Virus record (IMG/VR): IMGVR_UViG_3300025647_000098
Location: 1 to 38,373 of that record
Length of the DNA stretch: 38,373 bases
From: a virus
Lineage: Duplodnaviria; Caudoviricetes
Direction: 5' to 3' (one strand)
The notes beneath the pieces were generated by a model that worked only from the letters and a program-made list of their open reading frames with translations, did no database searches and was not told where the DNA came from. Position numbers and translations under genes: made by a program. Positions within the stretch are counted from its first letter, which is position 1. Every line of letters starts with the position of its first letter. Of the stretch, positions 1-8,834 are shown one piece after another.

Positions 1-331
1 CCATATTCAAGTCTTCCTGATTAGCAACAGCAATCGCTGTATTCGGCGCAACGGGAACTTCCGAAGCAATCTCGGAAGCAGCGATGACATTTTTAGCCCG
101 CTTCACAACCTTAGCAGACTTAGCCACAGTCTGAGCCGTAACGCCAGAGTCGTCAAGAGTATAGACACCGCGACCAATGCGGCGCGATTCGTCTTTGACA
201 AGCCACGTCGGATAGGAAACATCGCAGTTATCATAAAGATGAACCAACTGCTGGCGAGTGATGGTCTTGATATCACCATACTCGGCCTTGACAGCGGCGA
301 AAAAGGCACTCTTATCAACGGACTTAGCCAT
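1..331 (-). CDS. 5' part of a probable CobS/MoxR-like AAA+ ATPase (runs off the left edge)
   Basis: Not in the ORF track. Manual translation from ATG at 331: MAKSVDKSAFFAAVKAEYGDIKTITRQQLVHLYDNCDVSYPTWLVKDESRRIGRGVYTL... stays open to base 1. AAGGA RBS and a sigma70 promoter lie upstream. Product inferred from its position after the CobT-like vWA gene; the ATPase motifs are outside the window. Confidence 0.6.
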   Translation of the reverse strand, partial: MAKSVDKSAFFAAVKAEYGDIKTITRQQLVHLYDNCDVSYPTWLVKDESRRIGRGVYTLDDSGVTAQTVAKSAKVVKRAKNVIAASEIASEVPVAPNTAIAVANQEDLNM

Positions 332-368
332 TAGAACTTTCCTTGTGTGTGTTTTGGATTATGTGTAT

Positions 369-397
369 ATTATAGTCTAGGAAGAGGTGGTTGTCAA
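369..397 (-). promoter_or_regulatory. Perfect consensus sigma70 (early) promoter
   Basis: Minus strand TTGACA (397-392), 17 bp, TATAAT (374-369), upstream of the ATG at 331. Confidence 0.9.
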
Positions 398-2622
398 GCG
401 GCAATTCGCTTGACAAACCGAGAGAGTAGAACGCGGGACACAGCTTTCTTTTCCGAAAACTTGATGAATTCCGATGCCATCTTTTTCTTGGTCATATCGG
501 ACTTGATGTTAAGATTTCCAGTCGAAACATCAAACGTCTTCTGGTTGATGATATAGTATTCATCGTAACCAGAGGTAGTTGCACTGAAGAACCCGTTTGT
601 TTTCCAATCAGCCGAAGCTTTCTTGTAAGCTTCACCAGACTGACCGTTGACACGGCTGTAAGATTGATTGAAGCCATACGAGGTGATGTAGAAGCCAATC
701 AGATTGCAGCCAGTCCGGTCCTTGAGAACACGGAGAAGCAAACCAGTCATAGCCTTATCAGAGTAAGGGTCCCGATGATAATACGAGTTCTTAATCTCAG
801 ACCGAATCTCATAAGTCTTCTTGGTGATATCATCCTGAAGAATATACTTGCGCTTCTTCCAAGACGAATGCAAACCGTGAACCATGTGAATTGGATCAGA
901 ATCACCGTCAGTCAGGAAGATTGTGTTAACAATCTGAACCCGAGACTTAGCCTTGAACCGATTGACAATCATGTCAGCTACACCAATACACTCGTTAAGC
1001 GGAGTGGACTGGAGACTGTCACACCGAAGATGCCCATTACAAGCCATCACATACAGATGGAACATTGCGTCATTGAATTCTGCAACATTCATCCGCGATG
1101 AAAGCAAGTTACGAGCCACGAAATTGTCAAAGTACAGTTCATTCTGGTTCTGAGTAAACGAAGCGCCGTTGATACGACCCTCATCAACATCAAAGCCAGT
1201 GGTACTACGGAATGAGTAGACTTCAAACGGAATCTGAACCTGCTTACAGAACATGGTCAGCGAAAGAAGCTGCTTTACAGTCTTCTTAAGATGAATGTCC
1301 ATGGAGCCAGACCAGTCAATGAACATGACAAAGCCGTGGTTCTTACCAGAAGCAACAGTGGTGATACGACGGAACAGGTCATCATTATACTTGTATGAAT
1401 GAAGCTTGTTTGTGTCAATCACACCAGTTTTGGAGATGCTAGTGCGGCTGTACTCATCAGCCGATTTCCGCATCTCAAACTCCTTCACCATGAAAGAGAT
1501 TGAAGCTTTTTCATTAGCCTTGAACTTCTGGAGTTCCTCACGAACAGCTTTGAGCCAATCCTGGTTCCAGAAGCCAGCAATACATTTGCGCTGGTCAGCA
1601 AGAACAATCTTGTAATCATTTACAACCTGTTCATACTTGACAGGGCGAGGGATCTTGACGTAAACATATTCCTCGTCCGACTTGATGACAAGGTCTTCCT
1701 GATTTTTCTGCCAAGCCTTTTCAGTTTCAGACTCGGGAATGTCATCATCAGACTTTGCACCGACGTTTATCGGATCATCAGAGTCGCGCTTGTCATCGCC
1801 GTCACCAGCTTCGGTGTCGTCCGAGTCAGACTCACCATCGTCCTCTTCCTCATCATCAGAGTCGTCATCGCCGCGACCAGAGGTATAGTTTTCTTCCTCA
1901 TCATCATCGCCGAAATCTTCCTCATCAGACTCGTCGGAAAAGTCATAGTCGTCCTCGTCGGACATTCCACCCTTAGCACGAATATCGTCCGAGTCAGTTT
2001 CAGGCTCGTCCTGTTCCTGCTTAGACTTAGACCAACCGAAGATTTCCTCGGTGAGTGCAAGCACCTCATCAAAAGTCTCAGCCGCTTCAACCTTAGCGAC
2101 CATTGCCTTTTCTTCGGCCGAGAACTTGATACCAGACATTGCACCGCCCTTGAAGTAGATATTCAAGCGGTCAATGAAAGCCATAGAGTTAACGTCCTTG
2201 GACTTGGTACCAAAGAAGTCGCGTTCAATGAGTTCGGCGTAGCCCTTGACATAGTTGCGGCGAGAGCCAGGGAAGCGCCGCTTCTGGCGCTTGTCAATGC
2301 GGGCGTCTTCAATGACGTTCAGAAAGCCCTTGACTGCACCCATAGCACGATTGGAAGCCGCACCAGTGACTCGCTTTGCAATGTCAGACAATGCGTCAAG
2401 CCAGCCGTCAGAGGGTGTGTCAAGAGCATGACCAACCTCGTGAACAACCAGCATATCATACAGGTCATTGGACATTTCGCGCCAGATAGGGAGAATCAGA
2501 ACACGCTTAACCACATCAAACATAGCAGTTTGTGCGGCGGCCGAGTGCTGTACCGTAATGTTTTCCGTAGCCAGCAACTTGGCTAGCTGGGACTTAGCAT
2601 TGTGATTGTGTACTATTTCCAT
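394..2622 (-). CDS. CobT-like protein: zincin metallopeptidase domain, acidic linker and vWA domain
   Basis: HEVGH (HExxH) followed by NVIEDARI; long D/E-rich linker; MIDAS motif DWSGS and later LTDG. Confidence 0.8.
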   Translation of the reverse strand: MEIVHNHNAKSQLAKLLATENITVQHSAAAQTAMFDVVKRVLILPIWREMSNDLYDMLVVHEVGHALDTPSDGWLDALSDIAKRVTGAASNRAMGAVKGFLNVIEDARIDKRQKRRFPGSRRNYVKGYAELIERDFFGTKSKDVNSMAFIDRLNIYFKGGAMSGIKFSAEEKAMVAKVEAAETFDEVLALTEEIFGWSKSKQEQDEPETDSDDIRAKGGMSDEDDYDFSDESDEEDFGDDDEEENYTSGRGDDDSDDEEEDDGESDSDDTEAGDGDDKRDSDDPINVGAKSDDDIPESETEKAWQKNQEDLVIKSDEEYVYVKIPRPVKYEQVVNDYKIVLADQRKCIAGFWNQDWLKAVREELQKFKANEKASISFMVKEFEMRKSADEYSRTSISKTGVIDTNKLHSYKYNDDLFRRITTVASGKNHGFVMFIDWSGSMDIHLKKTVKQLLSLTMFCKQVQIPFEVYSFRSTTGFDVDEGRINGASFTQNQNELYFDNFVARNLLSSRMNVAEFNDAMFHLYVMACNGHLRCDSLQSTPLNECIGVADMIVNRFKAKSRVQIVNTIFLTDGDSDPIHMVHGLHSSWKKRKYILQDDITKKTYEIRSEIKNSYYHRDPYSDKAMTGLLLRVLKDRTGCNLIGFYITSYGFNQSYSRVNGQSGEAYKKASADWKTNGFFSATTSGYDEYYIINQKTFDVSTGNLNIKSDMTKKKMASEFIKFSEKKAVSRVLLSRFVKRIAA

Positions 2623-2645
2623 AGTGTCCTCTTGATTATGGACAT

Positions 2646-2674
2646 ATCTTAAACTGAATCAGTTCAAGTGTCAA
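2646..2674 (-). promoter_or_regulatory. sigma70 promoter with a palindromic spacer
   Basis: TTGACA (2674-2669), 17 bp, TAAGAT (2651-2646). GAGG RBS precedes the ATG at 2622. The spacer contains AACTGA-A-TCAGTT (plus strand). Confidence 0.8.
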
Positions 2675-2808
2675 TCGTTAAAATACTTAGGAAACATCTT
2701 ATGCAGACGAATCTGTGATTTGAGAGCATACAGATTGAGGGGATATCTTGCAAACACGGATTGGGTTGCAAGGAACTGTTCAAGAGCATAGAGGGAGCGT
2801 TTCATCAT
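2671..2808 (-). CDS. Small hypothetical protein, 45 aa (MMKRSLYALEQFLATQSVFARYPLNLYALKSQIRLHKMFPKYFND)
   Basis: Manual translation. Fills the gap between two promoters, co-oriented with its neighbours. No SD sequence, so possibly leaderless. Confidence 0.5.
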   Translation of the reverse strand: MMKRSLYALEQFLATQSVFARYPLNLYALKSQIRLHKMFPKYFND

Positions 2809-2814
2809 ATACTA

Positions 2815-2844
2815 TAGATGGGGATTGCAAGTCGGTTTTTCAAG
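2815..2844 (-). promoter_or_regulatory. sigma32/RpoH-like promoter
   Basis: Minus strand CTTGAA-N15-CCCCATCTA, matching the classical RpoH consensus, 6 nt upstream of an ATG. Confidence 0.55.
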
Positions 2845-2858
2845 TGGCACAAATGCAT

Positions 2859-2887
2859 ACCAGCTATGCGATGGACACATAGCTGGT
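2859..2887. repeat. 10-bp perfect inverted repeat (hairpin or operator)
   Basis: ACCAGCTATG-N9-CATAGCTGGT, located just after the end of the glycosyltransferase gene. Confidence 0.7.
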
Positions 2888-2917
2888 TGGCTAAATGCTT
2901 GATTTTATTAGGTTCGG

Positions 2918-3871
2918 CTAAGTCTTTGATATCTTTCGCAGAACCATCCCATAATTGTTGACCTTAGGGAAACTCTTCAGATCAACTCCTGGTTTCAATC
3001 TCAGCTTATTATCCTCTGGTCCCAAACCAAGCTGTCTTCTCAACGGATGGTTGAGATTCTGAAAAGGCTCATAGTTCACATAATGATGCCAGCGTCCATA
3101 TTTCCAGACGATTCGAGCCACATCTGGATGCATATCCACTAGCATCTGAGACTTATTTATTGTACCTGTTGCGTTCAACTGACCATCACGCCACTTGCTC
3201 TTGTCAAGATCACCCTCAGCGTGATAAAACTCCGCAGTGTTACCACCCTTGACAGTTTGAGTTGCAGCTTTGCCTTGCAGAAAGTTATTGAACTGAATCG
3301 TGCAATCACCATCTTTCAATACACGAAGGCAAATGTCAGTGTCCTCATTGTAACGACCACGCCATCTATGCTTGCAATCATTAGAGATTAGCAGTGTGGA
3401 ATAGATACGAGTATTCAGCACGAAAGGATAGTAATGCTGATTAGGTGCAATGAAGAACCGATACTGTAGACCAGATATGGGTACATTCTCAAATCTATCA
3501 ACAAAGTCTTCACATGCTTTGAACATTGCACCAGACTCCACACGAATACGCTGATTGAGATGTAGTCTATAGAAGTCTTGAATGTTATCATCACACACCC
3601 AATGCTTCTCAGCACCTATAGAGATTGAGTGATCCCAACACCAGTTTCTCGCACGACCAGGACCGTCACCGTGGTTAGAAAAAGGAGCAACAAGAAGGAT
3701 AACATAATCGCGAATGCTAAAGTTATCCAGCGCATTTTCATAGTTCTCTTCATCTTGTGGTTCAATAGCAATGTAATGTGGTATCTTCATACGCGCGAGA
3801 GAGCGCGAGGTATACATCGTTTCATGTCTACCCTTAGAGATAATGTATACTGGATGTGTTGGATTAGTCAT
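2918..3871 (-). CDS. TET-associated (TAGT/GREB1-like) GT-A glycosyltransferase, putative DNA base glycosylation
   Basis: PVYIISKGR N-terminus, GPGRARNW, HWVCDDNI (acidic metal-binding motif), RIYS, RYNEDTD and T.KGGNT motifs typical of this family. Confidence 0.7.
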   Translation of the reverse strand: MTNPTHPVYIISKGRHETMYTSRSLARMKIPHYIAIEPQDEENYENALDNFSIRDYVILLVAPFSNHGDGPGRARNWCWDHSISIGAEKHWVCDDNIQDFYRLHLNQRIRVESGAMFKACEDFVDRFENVPISGLQYRFFIAPNQHYYPFVLNTRIYSTLLISNDCKHRWRGRYNEDTDICLRVLKDGDCTIQFNNFLQGKAATQTVKGGNTAEFYHAEGDLDKSKWRDGQLNATGTINKSQMLVDMHPDVARIVWKYGRWHHYVNYEPFQNLNHPLRRQLGLGPEDNKLRLKPGVDLKSFPKVNNYGMVLRKISKT

Positions 3872-4551
3872 TCTCCATTCCTACAATAAACAATGTTTAC
3901 CCATGCACCCTTTGTGTCTTCTCTGGCCTGAACATAACCAAAATGCTTGCGAAGAAGATCAAGAGTGTCATTATACTTCTCATGTGTCTTTAGATCATTC
4001 AAGTGAGCATGATGAAACTCCATGATGAACTCACGAATATTGTACCAGTTATTGATTGCGGGCAAACACTCTAGTTCACCACCTTCAATGTCCATCTTGA
4101 CTACTGTAGGCTTAACAGTCTCAAAGACATAGTTGATATTGGTACAATTGACTGTAACTGTATCTCTGCCTCGTTTTGCAACAAGAGAGTGTGCGCCTTT
4201 GTTCTTCTTTAGATTGATAGAAAAGTCGCGTGTCTTATCATTGTTACCGATAACAGCTTCGTTGTGTAGTACATACTTGCTTGTGTCTGGAATATTCATT
4301 GCCACATTTTTACATGCGAGATTATAATTGTCAATATCAGGTTCGTATCCATGAACAAGTGCTGCACCTTTCTTCAATGCAAATGTTGTAAACATTCCGA
4401 TATTCAAACCAAAGTCTACTACAACATCATCAGGCTTGATCTGTAGCTTATTGTACTCACCAGAAAATACCTCATGAACTACAAATTCATCTGAGGTACC
4501 TTCTCTTACTTCTGCTTGAATGTCTCTATAAGTTATTGTCTTGACTGTCAT
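3868..4551 (-). CDS. FkbM-family SAM-dependent methyltransferase
   Basis: VVVDFGLNIGMFT (motif I), GYEPDIDNY, KMDIEGGE. Confidence 0.8.
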   Translation of the reverse strand: MTVKTITYRDIQAEVREGTSDEFVVHEVFSGEYNKLQIKPDDVVVDFGLNIGMFTTFALKKGAALVHGYEPDIDNYNLACKNVAMNIPDTSKYVLHNEAVIGNNDKTRDFSINLKKNKGAHSLVAKRGRDTVTVNCTNINYVFETVKPTVVKMDIEGGELECLPAINNWYNIREFIMEFHHAHLNDLKTHEKYNDTLDLLRKHFGYVQAREDTKGAWVNIVYCRNGE

Positions 4552-4898
4552 TCTTCAAACCACCTCTTTAAGGAGTTCTCATCCTTATCAAGATGAGGAT
4601 ACCACATGCTTTTTGTTTTCTTTGAAATCGTCTGCTCATCATCAACAGACTTATACTTAGCCACAAACTCATCAAAATCTTGCTGATTGCGGAAATGCAA
4701 ATAGATTGTCTTGAATGGAGGATTGTCTTTCTGAATAAACTCAGGCATTCCTACCCAGAGTTTTTCGCGCTCGTTTTCATTATCATCTTCCATACCAAGG
4801 AATTCTGCAAGAGATGTTTCTTCTGGTTCTACTGGTACAGTAGTTTGTCCAAGGAAGTTATCATATGGTGCAGATTCTTCAACGGGTGTCTTTGTCAT
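4548..4898 (-). CDS. Small conserved protein with WxGMPEFxQ motif (probable glycosyltransferase-associated accessory)
   Basis: WVGMPEFIQKD...IYLHFRNQQDFDEF...KSMWYP. Overlaps the gp46 stop and the FkbM start, suggesting translational coupling. Confidence 0.55.
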   Translation of the reverse strand: MTKTPVEESAPYDNFLGQTTVPVEPEETSLAEFLGMEDDNENEREKLWVGMPEFIQKDNPPFKTIYLHFRNQQDFDEFVAKYKSVDDEQTISKKTKSMWYPHLDKDENSLKRWFEE

Positions 4899-6610
4899 TA
4901 TACCATCCTACTAAAATTCTTTTGCTTCTCAAAGCGGTATACTTTATCAAACTTGTCTAGGAGTTGATCTTGTTTGTGCGAGATTATATATGTATTTGTA
5001 TCGTCTGTCAATGTCTGAATGATCTTGAGGAACTCATCGGTACCGTTTGCGTCCAGACTTCCATCCAAAATCTCGTCCAGAATAAGCAAGTTGGTATTCA
5101 CACTGTTCTTCATCTTTGCAATAGAACGCCAAGTGAAGAGAAGTGCCAGATCTATTCTGGTTTTCTCACCTTCTGAAAAGTTGGAATAAGAAAACTCATC
5201 ACGAAATCTGGACTTGATGACCTCATTGAAGTTCTCATCTATATTGAAGTTGACAAAGAAACCCATCTGAGCAAGGTACTTGTTGACTAGCTTGTTGATG
5301 ATTGGAATATACTGCTTGATGATCTTCGTCTTGATACCGCCATCCTTGAGTAGAGACATGGCCGTTTCAATCATGGTACGTTCGTTTAGACGGAATTGCA
5401 AAGAACCTTCCATGCGATAGATTTCTTCTTCCGCAGACTTCAAGTCTTTCTCACTGTCCAATACAAGCTTGTCAGAGTTGCGAATCTTGTCCATGTTGTC
5501 TTCAATGTCATTCATCATGGATACGATGTGCATCATTGTCTGCTTGCTGGACTTGATTTCAGCAGAGATAGAATGTGAACGCTTAGACTTATCTTCAAGA
5601 TTATTGATCTTTGTAAGCAGATCATCCATATGCTTCTTTAGCAGATCAGCATACTTCTGTGCTTCGGCAGCTTGTTCGTGAAGCTTGATCTTACGTCTTT
5701 CTCTAAAATGTTCATCAATGTGCTGCTTACAGGTTGGACATTCATCATGCTCTGTAAGGAACTCAATCTCTTTGTCACAGCGATGGATATTTGTTTCCTG
5801 AGTTGTAAGAGATACGATAGAGTTGGAATAATCGTTTCTAACATCTGCAAGATTGACAACATCATTCATGAGGTCTTCTTTTTCGTCCAGAAGACCTTTT
5901 ACTTTATCTAACAAATCTTTCTTTTGCTGTGTAAAGTCTGCAAGCTGCTTTTCAAGTTCAAGCAGTCTGTCATCATTGTTCTGCTTTAGATTGGCCAGTG
6001 TACGCTCAACATAGTCTCTCTTGTCCTGTGCAGACTTGAGAAGCATACGATTTTTCTCTACACTTTCCTTATTCTCTTGCCAACGCTGCTTTACTAAAAG
6101 ATTCATCACTGAGAAGATTTGGATGTCCAGCAAGTCTTCAATAATAGTGCGACGATCAGCAGATGTTAGCTGCATGAACGGTGTAAAAGATGCTGAACCA
6201 AGAATGACAATCTGACAGAAGGACTTCATGTTCATCTTGAGAATGAACTTTTCAAGATATTCCTGATAGTCTCTGGAAGCTGAGTCCTGATTCAGCAATG
6301 AACCATCAACCCATATCTCAAAGATATTAGGACGAATGCCACGCACAATCTTGTAGTCTTTGCCATAGGCCTTGAATACAATCTCAACCTTACAGTCTTT
6401 GTTGTTTACACTGTTTACAAGTAGAGGCTTGTTGATCTTGCGGAATGGTTTGCCAAACAAAACAAAAGTAAGCGCGTCAAGTATGGTTGATTTACCATGC
6501 CCGTTCGCGCCTACTATCAAGTTTGTCTTTGAGGAATTCAGTTCAATCTCAGTCCACGCATTACCAGTAGAGAGAAGGTTCTTCCATCTAATCAGTTCAA
6601 ATGTAATCAT
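4898..6610 (-). CDS. gp46: Recombination endonuclease subunit (Rad50/SbcC-like)
   Basis: Walker A GANGHGKST, coiled coil with CPTC zinc hook, FSEGEK signature, LLILDE Walker B. Confidence 0.95.
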   Translation of the reverse strand: MITFELIRWKNLLSTGNAWTEIELNSSKTNLIVGANGHGKSTILDALTFVLFGKPFRKINKPLLVNSVNNKDCKVEIVFKAYGKDYKIVRGIRPNIFEIWVDGSLLNQDSASRDYQEYLEKFILKMNMKSFCQIVILGSASFTPFMQLTSADRRTIIEDLLDIQIFSVMNLLVKQRWQENKESVEKNRMLLKSAQDKRDYVERTLANLKQNNDDRLLELEKQLADFTQQKKDLLDKVKGLLDEKEDLMNDVVNLADVRNDYSNSIVSLTTQETNIHRCDKEIEFLTEHDECPTCKQHIDEHFRERRKIKLHEQAAEAQKYADLLKKHMDDLLTKINNLEDKSKRSHSISAEIKSSKQTMMHIVSMMNDIEDNMDKIRNSDKLVLDSEKDLKSAEEEIYRMEGSLQFRLNERTMIETAMSLLKDGGIKTKIIKQYIPIINKLVNKYLAQMGFFVNFNIDENFNEVIKSRFRDEFSYSNFSEGEKTRIDLALLFTWRSIAKMKNSVNTNLLILDEILDGSLDANGTDEFLKIIQTLTDDTNTYIISHKQDQLLDKFDKVYRFEKQKNFSRMV

Positions 6611-6981
6611 AGTGCGTTGTGATACTCACGCTGTTCCTTGATGTATTCTTCAGCTTCTTCTTTGGTATGGAAATAAGAAGTATAGTGTCCGCGATGTTCA
6701 CCATCAAATTCATCTTCCCACACTTCATCGTAGTGATCACCGATCTTCATACAGTAGCGGTCACAATACTCTTCTTCATTCCAAATGTTGTGCCCTTCGA
6801 CAACAGCATTGAATGTACCTACAATTTCGACTTCCATCAAGTCAAAATCGACACTATCCTTATCATAGCGATACCATTCAATACCATCAGCATCAACCAT
6901 CTTCAGCTTCTTCTGTACGCCTGTGAGACGGTTGAATATCTTATTCACACGCCAGAATTTGTTACCAATGTTATACTTCAT
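6607..6981 (-). CDS. Hypothetical protein
   Basis: 124-aa ORF with ATGA overlaps to gp47 and gp46. Confidence 0.7.
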   Translation of the reverse strand: MKYNIGNKFWRVNKIFNRLTGVQKKLKMVDADGIEWYRYDKDSVDFDLMEVEIVGTFNAVVEGHNIWNEEEYCDRYCMKIGDHYDEVWEDEFDGEHRGHYTSYFHTKEEAEEYIKEQREYHNAL

Positions 6982-8057
6982 TCTATAGTCTCCAACGACA
7001 ATGCTTCGGTATATACCTCACGCATGTAATGTTTCATCTTATCATTTTCTACAGGCAAAGTCAACCCACTTATAAAATTATCTAGGATCGTCAATGTGTC
7101 TTGTGCTTCGTCTACCAGTTCATCTGCATTATTGTCAGTGAACGAATTGATATCTTCCACAATAGAAATGTCTGCTGCTTGTGCTTGATACAGTTTGTCA
7201 AGTAAAACATCAAACGAATATGGATTAGTCTTGTTCACACAAACAATCTTAACATATGTGTCCTTGAACTTGCTATAGTCAGTTGCGCTAATCTTCTCAA
7301 GGATATCAGGATGCTTCACATCATCATAAGCGACCATATGAAATATGCGATAAGGATTACGATGAAAAACTGTATCGCGGGATTCAGTATCAAAGACAAC
7401 AAAGCCCCGAGGATCATTATAATCACTCCATATATGCTCACAAAAAGCGCCAATGTAATGAATATTATCCCTGCTGCTACGGTGATGATAATGACCAGTA
7501 AATACGCTATCAAACTTGCCAAGAAGCTTATGATTCCATCCATGGTCTGATAACAATCCTTTCTGCATCTCAAAGCCATCAAGTTCAAGATGACCACAAC
7601 AAATAAGTGACTTGGTATTCTCTACTGCTTCATAACAAGACTTCTCGTTAGCCTTTGTGATCCAAGGCAACAGAAAGAACGCACAACCATCAATCTCAAT
7701 CTCTGTGGGTGTTGAGTATATCTTGATGTTGTTATAACGATTACCAACAAACTCTTCAAGAGCATTCACTGTATATGTATCTTTGAAATACTCATCATGA
7801 TTGCCTGCGATGATGTACATCTCACACAGTTCATTCAGCGGCTCAAGAAAGTCAGTTCTCAATCTGGAATGGGTAAGGACGTTAATATACTTCCTGCGGT
7901 CAACAAGATCGCCAAGATGAATGATATGCTTAATGTCATTCGCCTTGATAAATGGAATGAGAAATTCATCTACGCTCCTCTTGAAATAGTCAAGGAAAAC
8001 TGGGGAGTCATTTCTAACTCCCCAGTGAGTATCGGTAATGAGTAGAACTTTAGTCAC
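6978..8057 (-). CDS. gp47: Recombination endonuclease subunit (Mre11/SbcD-like)
   Basis: DTHWG, GDLVD, GNHD and GHYH metallophosphoesterase motifs. Confidence 0.95.
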   Translation of the reverse strand: MTKVLLITDTHWGVRNDSPVFLDYFKRSVDEFLIPFIKANDIKHIIHLGDLVDRRKYINVLTHSRLRTDFLEPLNELCEMYIIAGNHDEYFKDTYTVNALEEFVGNRYNNIKIYSTPTEIEIDGCAFFLLPWITKANEKSCYEAVENTKSLICCGHLELDGFEMQKGLLSDHGWNHKLLGKFDSVFTGHYHHRSSRDNIHYIGAFCEHIWSDYNDPRGFVVFDTESRDTVFHRNPYRIFHMVAYDDVKHPDILEKISATDYSKFKDTYVKIVCVNKTNPYSFDVLLDKLYQAQAADISIVEDINSFTDNNADELVDEAQDTLTILDNFISGLTLPVENDKMKHYMREVYTEALSLETIE

Positions 8058-8239
8058 GCTCTCTTTTTCCTAGTATTGGACATGTAGAGTTCATTATCGT
8101 ACTTTTTTAGTGATTTGTCAATAGCTTCTTTTATCGTTTCCAGTCTGTTTCTATAGTTGCCACGAATATGGATGTTCTCTTTCTGGTTCAGAAGGCTATT
8201 GATCAAGTGTTCAACCTGAAACGGCACTTCGTTGTTCAT
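8054..8239 (-). CDS. Hypothetical protein (MNNEVPFQV...)
   Basis: ORF between gp55 and gp47; GAGG RBS before the ATG at 8239. Confidence 0.65.
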   Translation of the reverse strand: MNNEVPFQVEHLINSLLNQKENIHIRGNYRNRLETIKEAIDKSLKKYDNELYMSNTRKKRA

Positions 8240-8792
8240 CTTTATCTTCCTCATAAAATTTTGTTAAACCCAACTTTTGTTCTTTTCGTTTTTGCTTTTT
8301 CAACTCTTCCTTCTCTTCAAATCTTCCCATGAATGAGTTGATGTTATCGTACATATGAGTAGGAACAATATGATTGTCTTCCGTATCTGTCAAATAAGCA
8401 TTGTATCCATTGTTTATAATTGTTTCCTGAAAGTTCTTGTATATGATATACCTGTTTTTTTCTTCTTTATTGATGCGTCTCAGGAACGCATAATATATGA
8501 TCTGTGTAAAGTATGCAAATGGATTCTGTGTCTTGTTAGGATCAAAGTCCTTGAAGTACATGATACAGTTTTCTATGCCATCTGATATCATCTCATCTCT
8601 ATATGAATAGTTGATGAAACATGGTTTGTTGGAAAGCTTGTTAGCTATTTTCCATATACATTCACCAATATACTCAGGAAGTCTCGGTGGTTCTAAACCT
8701 TTCTGTGCGCTCTCTTCCACTCTTCTTCTATGTTCAACGATTGTCTCATAGAACTTCTTGTTGTCTACATAGTTTACTTTTTTTTCTTTCAT
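8211..8792 (-). CDS. gp55: Late-transcription sigma factor
   Basis: YVDNKKF, YIGECI.KIA..LS.KP.F.NYSYRDEMISDGIENC, NPFAYFTQI. Start set at the ATG at 8792 after GAAGGA. Confidence 0.95.
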   Translation of the reverse strand: MKEKKVNYVDNKKFYETIVEHRRRVEESAQKGLEPPRLPEYIGECIWKIANKLSNKPCFINYSYRDEMISDGIENCIMYFKDFDPNKTQNPFAYFTQIIYYAFLRRINKEEKNRYIIYKNFQETIINNGYNAYLTDTEDNHIVPTHMYDNINSFMGRFEEKEELKKQKRKEQKLGLTKFYEEDKDEQRSAVSG

Positions 8793-8805
8793 ATGCACTT
8801 CCTTC

Positions 8806-8834
8806 TTGACAAACGCTTGACACGACAGTAATAT
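8806..8834 (+). promoter_or_regulatory. Antisense-oriented sigma70-like promoter, back-to-back with gp55
   Basis: Plus strand TTGACA (8806-8811), 17 bp, TAATAT (8829-8834). A second TTGACA lies at 8817-8822. Confidence 0.5.
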
